A DNA stretch of 64,000 nt. Origin: Tubiluchus corallicola. Lineage: Eukaryota; Animalia; Priapulida. A program made the translations under genes and the position numbers. The notes beneath the pieces were generated by a model, which saw only the letters and a program-made list of their open reading frames with translations, was not told the DNA's origin and searched no databases. The stretch is taken from assembly GCA_030141605.1 (NCBI GenBank), contig JAQGDQ010000116.1, positions 1 to 64,000 on the forward strand, in the 5' to 3' direction. Position 1 is the first letter of the stretch. Every line of letters begins with the position of its first letter. Of the stretch, positions 57,501 through 64,000 are shown one piece after another.

Positions 57501-58333
57501 AACCATAGAGCACAAGAAATGCACATAGAAGATCCGAAAAGCTGCTTTGAGACACTGAATGACATCGTGGCCCATGTTATAACCTTAGAACAAAAGCACA
57601 AAAATTACCAAAAAGAAGCTTTTCGAAAGACTAAATATGGTTCAGAGTAAGTAACTTGCAATTTTAGCAACAGCTGCCCTTCAAACATGCATATATTGTC
57701 TGTGATATATACTGATCTTATGTGGTCACGTGTATCTGTCATTATGACTTGTTAAAATCATGTGAGATAACGACCCATCACAACACTGTGCTTGAAAACA
57801 GTGAGTTATGTTAAGCAGCGTAGAATAGAATTATTTCTTACACAAAGCACATTAAGTTCTATATTTGTAAAATTAGACAAAGCAAAAATCAGGTTGCAAA
57901 AATTTCAGCTAGCACTGAAGTTTTCAATTTCAGCTAGCATTGAAGTTTTCAATTTCAAACTAACAAAAAGTCTTTGTAACAAATAATATATGGTAAACAA
58001 GGATGACATGTGCTGTTAAAGACTGTGAGTTGTGTCAAACACCTTAGAAATAGAATTTTATTTTTATATTAAAAAAGTCAATTAATTAAAATGGAATAAG
58101 AGACCAGTAGCATTAATCTTAGCAGGAACTCTAATTTAAAAGCTTCTAGTCAATCTACTGTACAATTCTTTCGGTCATCTCACTGTAACTACTACGACCT
58201 TGTTAATTTGAACAGTATTTGATTATGCTAAAGTAAATGCTCTTACATTTTCAGACAAGCACCGATTGGAGATGACAACTACTTATTAATGAAAGCTCAT
58301 CATTCGAACGACAGTGATCAAGAGAAGCGGTGA
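27546..58333 (+). CDS. RASA3: Ras GTPase-activating protein, GAP1 family (RASA2/RASA3-type; C2-C2-RasGAP-PH-BTK), 816 aa, complete
   Basis: Exons: 27546-27597, 38149-38260, 42611-42806, 48826-48890, 49250-49403, 49971-50011, 50346-50459, 51153-51303, 51627-51775, 52054-52168, 52765-52839, 52981-53104, 53240-53346, 53466-53543, 53851-53931, 54086-54159, 54731-54837, 55174-55256, 55466-55626, 55909-56060, 57466-57646, 58255-58333 (2451 nt, all GT-AG, phases consistent). Motifs: [41 protein letters not shown] (Arg finger), [52 protein letters not shown] (PH), FHP..WLCC..GC (BTK), KYGSEQAPIGD. Confidence 0.96.
31727..32010 (+). mobile_element. Possible Helentron/DINE-like non-autonomous element remnant
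   Basis: ttttacgacctcc..aggagagttattttagttttacggttgc..tctgtccg ... ggatttcacaaaact resembles the usual layout of such elements. Heavily decayed; ends uncertain. Confidence 0.3.
35682..36030. mobile_element. Foldback MITE with GACCACCGG-type subterminal repeats (older copy)
   Basis: Left accaccggttaaaagatcacca and right tggtgaacctttaatcggtggt are imperfectly inverted. Shares motifs with the adjacent 36055-36158 hairpin. Confidence 0.6.
36055..36158. repeat. Near-perfect hairpin (about 41-bp core arms, T-run loop); short foldback MITE
   Basis: gaccaccggtcataggacgctacggacaaagggccaccagt (36062-36102) vs actggtggcccttttgtccgtagcgccctatgaccggtggtc (36110-36151): one mismatch and one bulge. Confidence 0.9.
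39521..40027. repeat. Tandem array of six 77-79-bp units with alternating A/B variants, bounded by 14-bp inverted repeats
   Basis: Units start at about 39532, 39609, 39687, 39766, 39843 and 39922. Flanks cgccgtgtaccatg (39521-39534) and cgtggtacatggcg (40014-40027) are 12/14 inverted. Confidence 0.95.
56122..56310. mobile_element. pogo/Tigger-like MITE remnant
   Basis: TA|CAGTATAATCCACTGATAACAAG..GGGACCATGAAAATT..cattatagccga..tttttgggact resembles pogo-type MITE ends. The right TIR was not found. Confidence 0.45.
57901..57957. repeat. 25-bp tandem duplication
   Basis: aatttcagctagca(c/t)tgaagttttc occurs twice, plus a partial third start. Confidence 0.9.
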
Positions 58334-60154
58334 TAATGGTTTATAAACTTGTTGGGACCATTTTATGGCACCTGCTGAAATGCCTATTGTGTATATAAAT
58401 TTGTGTCGTACGAATCACAGAGCAAATTATGGTCTTTGTAAATAGGCTGCTTTAGCATGTATCTTGGGACTTGCATTCCAGGTAGTGTGAGTGTGTACAC
58501 CTAGTGAAGTTATTTGAGATACGGAAAACAACAGAACTTTTTTCATTCCGCTGAGATGTGAATGTTGCTGTCCAAATTGCAGTTTTGGTGTTGTAGGTAC
58601 TTGAGATAAATATAATCGAATAATCGCTGTTACTTATAGACTTGTAAATTGTTGATATGTATGTAATTGTGTACATTAAATTTGTTGTATACCGTCAAAT
58701 AGTTTACAATGTTATTGTTAAATTTAGGTGACTGGGATAATAGTAAGTTAGCAATCCTTGTTAATTGGCCTTTGGCCTGCCCTGTGATCATTTAGCACAT
58801 CTTTTTTTTGTTTTTACATTTTTGTTCTTTCATTTAATAAACACTTTTAGCTCTTTGGAGAGTAGTCAAGATGAACAGTTATGATATGTAATCATGCAGT
58901 TATATATTTTATTGTGGAGCAGGAGAAATTCTAATTGTATATTAAGATGTTTTGCAAACTGATGGGTTTGTTGAACCAATTCTTACAAGTCGTTAATAAA
59001 ACTAGATGTTTCATCAGCTATGTTAACATGAATTACATTATATGCATGAATTGTTTTCATTTTTTCACCTATGTAGTCTATTGTAGACCTGCTGATGTAC
59101 TTGGCACAGGATAAACATCCGGTTTTATTAAAGTAGATAAAACTATGCAAATTTTTTAATGTTTCGAGAACTCGATTTTCTATCATTTTCACAGTTTGTT
59201 GTTTGTAATACTGTAAATTACAGAATATCATCTGTAAATCTATACAAGTAGATATCTGTGAAACTGTACTGCATAGATTTTTAAAAGACCTATTTTTAAA
59301 CAAAAATACTTAATGTAACATTTCCTAAGGCATAAGAAGTACAGGCATTTAGCAAATTGAACACAGTTAAATGTCAGTGAGCATAGTCAAAGTTGTTGTG
59401 ATCATAGTAATACATGTACTAAAAATTAAAATTGCACAATGAGGATATTAGGCAGCGTTTCTATAATGCTGGTCGGAGCAACTACAAAGTCTCGGTTCAG
59501 TAAAACAAGCGCCTTCCCAAGTTAACCAATGTAGATTATTTGGTTCTTATCTAAAGTTGTGCTTAATTGTGGTGCTTGCTTTCCAAATTACCATTTCTGA
59601 CACTCTTGAGCATTTCTGCTTCACTATTATGAACACTCTTGTGTGCCTCTTGCCTTCTTGCTCCTAATGTTGAATGTATATTTTTTCGTACACAGTCAAA
59701 CTGTGACCATGTATGTAAATGTGTCGAACCTACTGTAGTTGTTTGTTAAATGAATTTATATTCATTGTACATAATTATAAAAATATAAAACAGAATTTAT
59801 ATTAAACACAAATGTCTTGACACATTTTATTTAGTAACACAAGTATTATTTACATTTATTATAAGAGATTTATTTACAGATTCGTTTACGTTAGCACAAT
59901 AATTCTTCACTTTTTCAGTGACATTAGTAAAAATTTACAACTATATCTGTCTTTCAATTAATTTTCAGCTGTAGACAAAAAGAGACTAAAATGAGTCCTT
60001 TAATTTTTAATGATGCCAACTTAGTTGTTCTACTTGGCTCACACAGTTCAATGATTTAACTACTCAAAAATAAGGCAATAACAATAAACATCAAAACTGC
60101 AAAGTTATAGAAATGGAAGCTCTATTAGAAACGCCACACGTCATCGTATGCTGC

Positions 60155-63100
60155 TCAAGAAGCTTCAGAGGCTTTAAATCTATCATTTAAACCACGTGCT
60201 TTCTTCATTATTGACTTCCGCTGGGCCTCGTCAAACCTATTTGCTTGCAAATCCAAATCTCGATCAAATGGCCTCCTTTCCAAAGATTTTGTACCTGCCA
60301 CATCCTGAAACGAACAGCAAATAGAAAATTCATTAGTGTGGGGCACAGCTTATGGATGGGCTAACTAGATTATAGTCTACTGTAGGAAGTAAGAACCTTT
60401 ATGTCCAATGAGAAAATTATTTTTATGATCCAATTTAATTTGCTAGTAGGGGTGTCGTGCTAAAAATGTAGGTAGTCGTAATGGTCATAAATTTAAGGCC
60501 CTCTTTTAATACTGCATAATGGCATTCTACAACAAAAATAAATGAGGTCGCAATATGACAATGTAGCCTGCTAATTTCCATGACTATGATATGCACAAGA
60601 CAAACTATTTATAATGATACACTAAGACGACTGGCGAACACGTCTAAGCGACTGCAGCAAGAAATAGAATGTGTATATTTTTAATGTATGATGATACACC
60701 GAGTCGCCAGTCACTAGAAAATGGAAATTGTTTCTATTTTTTGTGTGACTGGTGACCAGCGACCAGCGTCTCCTCAACATTCATCCAATTTATAAAGTGC
60801 CATAATTCATAGTTGTGTAATTACGTAACAGCAATATTAAATCGGTTATTAAGTTTGGTATAATACATGCCGTAAATTTATAACGAAAGCATGAAATAGA
60901 TCATCTCGGCATTAGAAGAAAACTCTCACCCTGAAAAGGGCAAATGCTTCCTTTACATAATAGTCTACTGTGCAAAAAGATGGTTGTAATCTAAAAAAAT
61001 CCTAAAAAGTTATGTTAAAAATTTCCAATAACACGTTTACAATTTTACAATCTTAGCTTAACAGATCAGTAAGAAACAAAACTAATCATTGAGTTTCAGT
61101 TTGTTATTTACAGTATTGGGTCAAAATTACTGGGATGAAAGGTCCTAGAGAATTCCAAACCTGTTAAAATAAAAAAGAAATCCTAACGAATTAAGCAATC
61201 AACCAGTATGTAAGAATGACAGGTACAAAAACTTCAGATTATGTTGTCTTAATTACAATATACATACAATCTGCCTTTCATGGTTTTTATCTTTGTACAA
61301 ATTAACTTCTCATTTTCACAGTCTAAATTCAAATTAAATTCGGCCCTTACGTGGGGTCATCCATACAAATTATTTCTTTCAATGTGCAACAAAACTGTAC
61401 AGCAAAATTCTTTCTTTAGCTTGCTCAAAAACCTCTTTAAAAATTTGTAAAATTTCCACTAAGAATCTAAAGTTTTTGGTTAGTTTAGAAGATGATTGTC
61501 ATTGTAGTCACCAATCTCAACTTGTGCACACAGTTTGCAAATATTTATTTTACAATTTTCGCTAATAGACTATATGGTGTGTCTGGATGGTCTATTTATC
61601 AGTTTCTGCCCAAACGTTTTCTTGATCACTGGTCATAATTTTTATAAACTTTTATATAACTAGCAGTTTTATTTTACTAATCTTTGGGGTTCTTCAAGTC
61701 ACCAACATAAAGTTGTGTGTGATTGTGTGATTTTGTGTATCTGATTTTCTTGTCTTGCTAAGCACTGGTTGCTCTAGCACTTTATTATTTTTTATTATAA
61801 ATATATTACTATAAACATATATTAACAAATATCAGCTCTTTATTATTTATTTGTGTATTTTTATTTCGTTAAAGTGCAAACATTAGTTCAAGTCGATGCA
61901 ATTTAATTAAAATTTGGACAAACTAATTTTATGAGGAAAAAAGCAGTAGATCACCAGAAAACTGGTAGCTGGCAGCTGAAAGTTATAGCTGGCTGGTTGC
62001 CAGTCACCTCAGTGTATCATAGGTAAAAATAACAGGAAAGCTCGAAAAATAATAGAAAAAATTTGGCATAGTTGCAAAATGTAGTGAGGACGTCATGCAT
62101 TTATTGCATATGTGGGCATATTTATTGTGAAAGGGAGATACTGGCGGTTTTAAATTTAGGTATGATACTATAGGCATACCAGTATTACTAGCTTAGGATG
62201 TTAAAATACATGAAGACCCCCACTAATTGCCTATCTTAGGTGATCGGACTGCAGTATACATTATCCTGTATTTAATTATCATGTCAGTTATTAAAGGCAC
62301 TCATATCTACATCTACATCTACTTACTAAACGTCGGTGTAATAAATATCCTATCAAAATAAATAAAATTCTTTAACACTTACATGCTTTCGTTTCAAGGA
62401 CTTGGTATGCATTTCCATTAATGATTCGGGTCTGTTAGTTTCCTAAAATTTTGTTTAATTATTTTATTAGCATAATTTATTTCAAATTACTGGTACTAAA
62501 ATTCATATAGATGTATAGATTTCAAAGACATAGAAAAGATATCCACTGCAGTGTAGAGTAAGAAGGAATCACATAAACATGTCAGTCATGCAACAAGACT
62601 GCAATGTTAACATTTGAAACAATTAAGTCTATTGAAATTAGAGAACAACTGTGTTTGTTCTCTATTACTCGTCCATATAAGTTATCCAGTACTTTGGGTA
62701 ATGGACTATTTTTCCATAAATATGATTTAGTTCCTTAGTTTTGACTGTGTACAACTTGCTGACTCAAGTGATCGTTTTTCAGATCTTTGTTTGCAGTCAA
62801 AGTGACGACATGTTTGTCTAACTGATTACTTCAAAGAAAGGAAACATGCAACTCCAATATATAAAAATGTCACACATACAAGGCATTTTGCATAGCTTCT
62901 AAATAATGCACTTACCTTGTATTGTTTCACTTGCTTTACTTTAACTTCATCATCACCTTTTGAAACCATTGGAGATTCACTTGGCTTCTGCTGGAGCTCC
63001 TGAATAAATCAGTGAACTTCAGTGTACTATTTAACATTAACAGCTACAAAGATAAAGCATCTAATCTTGCTTAAGAGCATTTACAAATAAGTGCAAGTGA

Positions 63101-63788
63101 TTGCTCAATCTACCGAAATTTTTATAGGACTTGACACTAGTATAACATGACATGTGGAACAACTTGAGTTATTTCTTACAAGGCATGTAGAAATACAGTA
63201 TTAACTACTTTATGTTCTTTAAATAGAAAGAATGAAGTAAAATCAGTCTTCTCAAATAAACTTATAATATTTTGTGTGCTACATATATTTACACAATAAC
63301 ACAGGTTTAATTCTCAATGGCTAATGTAGTGATAATTACTAAAACTAAAACATTTTTTCAAAACAAGTTAAAACTACACACTCAAAACAATAAAAACTAA
63401 CAATGGCATTTTGAAATGTTGTGCCTTGTCACTGTTTTAATTGTGGGAATTTTTTAGTGTACACACATCCTTTGTACAAATACAACATCCCGAAAAATAC
63501 ACTTATTGAGTAACATTAGCATTATTGGCTGCCTTCATTCAATGCTTAAAGAAGAAAACCAAGCATGTTTGAATGTAAGCAAACAACTAATTACAGGCAC
63601 GTTATACTTGTGACTATAACTACCATTTTTTTCTTTTCTTTATCTGCTGGAGTGTCAGTCCAAACTGATCGATCACCTTTTTCTGACACATTTCTTCTAA
63701 ACGACCTTGGACCGAGGCCAAAATTCTTGCTAATTTCAGGAGGAAGTTCTGTCATCCAACTTTCACGTTGAAGGTCTTCAATTTTGCT
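60155..63788 (-). CDS. GPALPP1: GPALPP motifs-containing protein 1 (DUF3752), 5'-partial, last four exons
   Basis: Exons 63624-63788, 62916-62999, 62383-62442, 60155-60304 (all phase 0). Peptides RESWMTELPPE..FGLGPRSFRR, GDRSVWTDTPADKE, RPESLMEMH and ERRPFDRDLDLQANRFDEAQRKSIMKKARGLNDRF match human GPALPP1 as recalled. Confidence 0.92.
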
Positions 63789-64000
63789 CTGTTTAAAATA
63801 CACAATATATAAACAAAAAAAGACAAATTGTGCGTAAAGCATCATTTACTGTACAGGTACCAAATAATAAATGGGTACAATGTGACTGCCATGTTAATTT
63901 TGTAATGTTCATTATATTTTACTTTTATGCTACATAGTTTCTAAAAATGATACTGCTAGAGACAAACAATTAATTGTTCAGATTTACAAGTATGGAGTCA

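Noticed and set aside
60060-60157. Selenocysteine or programmed readthrough at the GPALPP1 TGA
   Set aside because: The context UGA-G is not a readthrough motif, and I found no SECIS with the AUGA..AA..GA core at a workable distance.
60620-60780. MITE remnant with gcgactgg/ccagtcgc-type inverted motifs
   Set aside because: No definable termini or target-site duplication.

Overview
AT-rich, intron-rich animal (invertebrate-like) genomic DNA; it is not prokaryotic, and most ORFs in the supplied track are exon fragments or noise. Four spliced genes were rebuilt by hand with GT-AG introns and consistent phases. (1) An RB1-type retinoblastoma gene on the - strand: 15 exons from ATG 14327 to 479, running off the left edge at the start of pocket B. 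(2) A complete 8-exon TMLHE (trimethyllysine dioxygenase) on the - strand, 27237-18097, 432 aa. (3) A complete 22-exon GAP1-family RasGAP (RASA3-like, C2-C2-RasGAP-PH-BTK) on the + strand, 27546-58333, 816 aa, head-to-head with TMLHE across 308 bp. (4) The last 4 exons of GPALPP1 on the - strand, convergent with RASA3. Introns carry decayed LINE remnants, several MITE/foldback elements, a decayed transposase-like ORF, a dimeric 78/79-bp tandem array bounded by inverted repeats, and microsatellites. I found no convincing novel multi-gene system. The best leads are the ancient linkage of these four genes, a CpG-retaining domain in RASA3 introns 1-3, the E2F-bearing RB1 promoter and the structured intronic repeats. 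Human comparisons are from memory, not from a database search.
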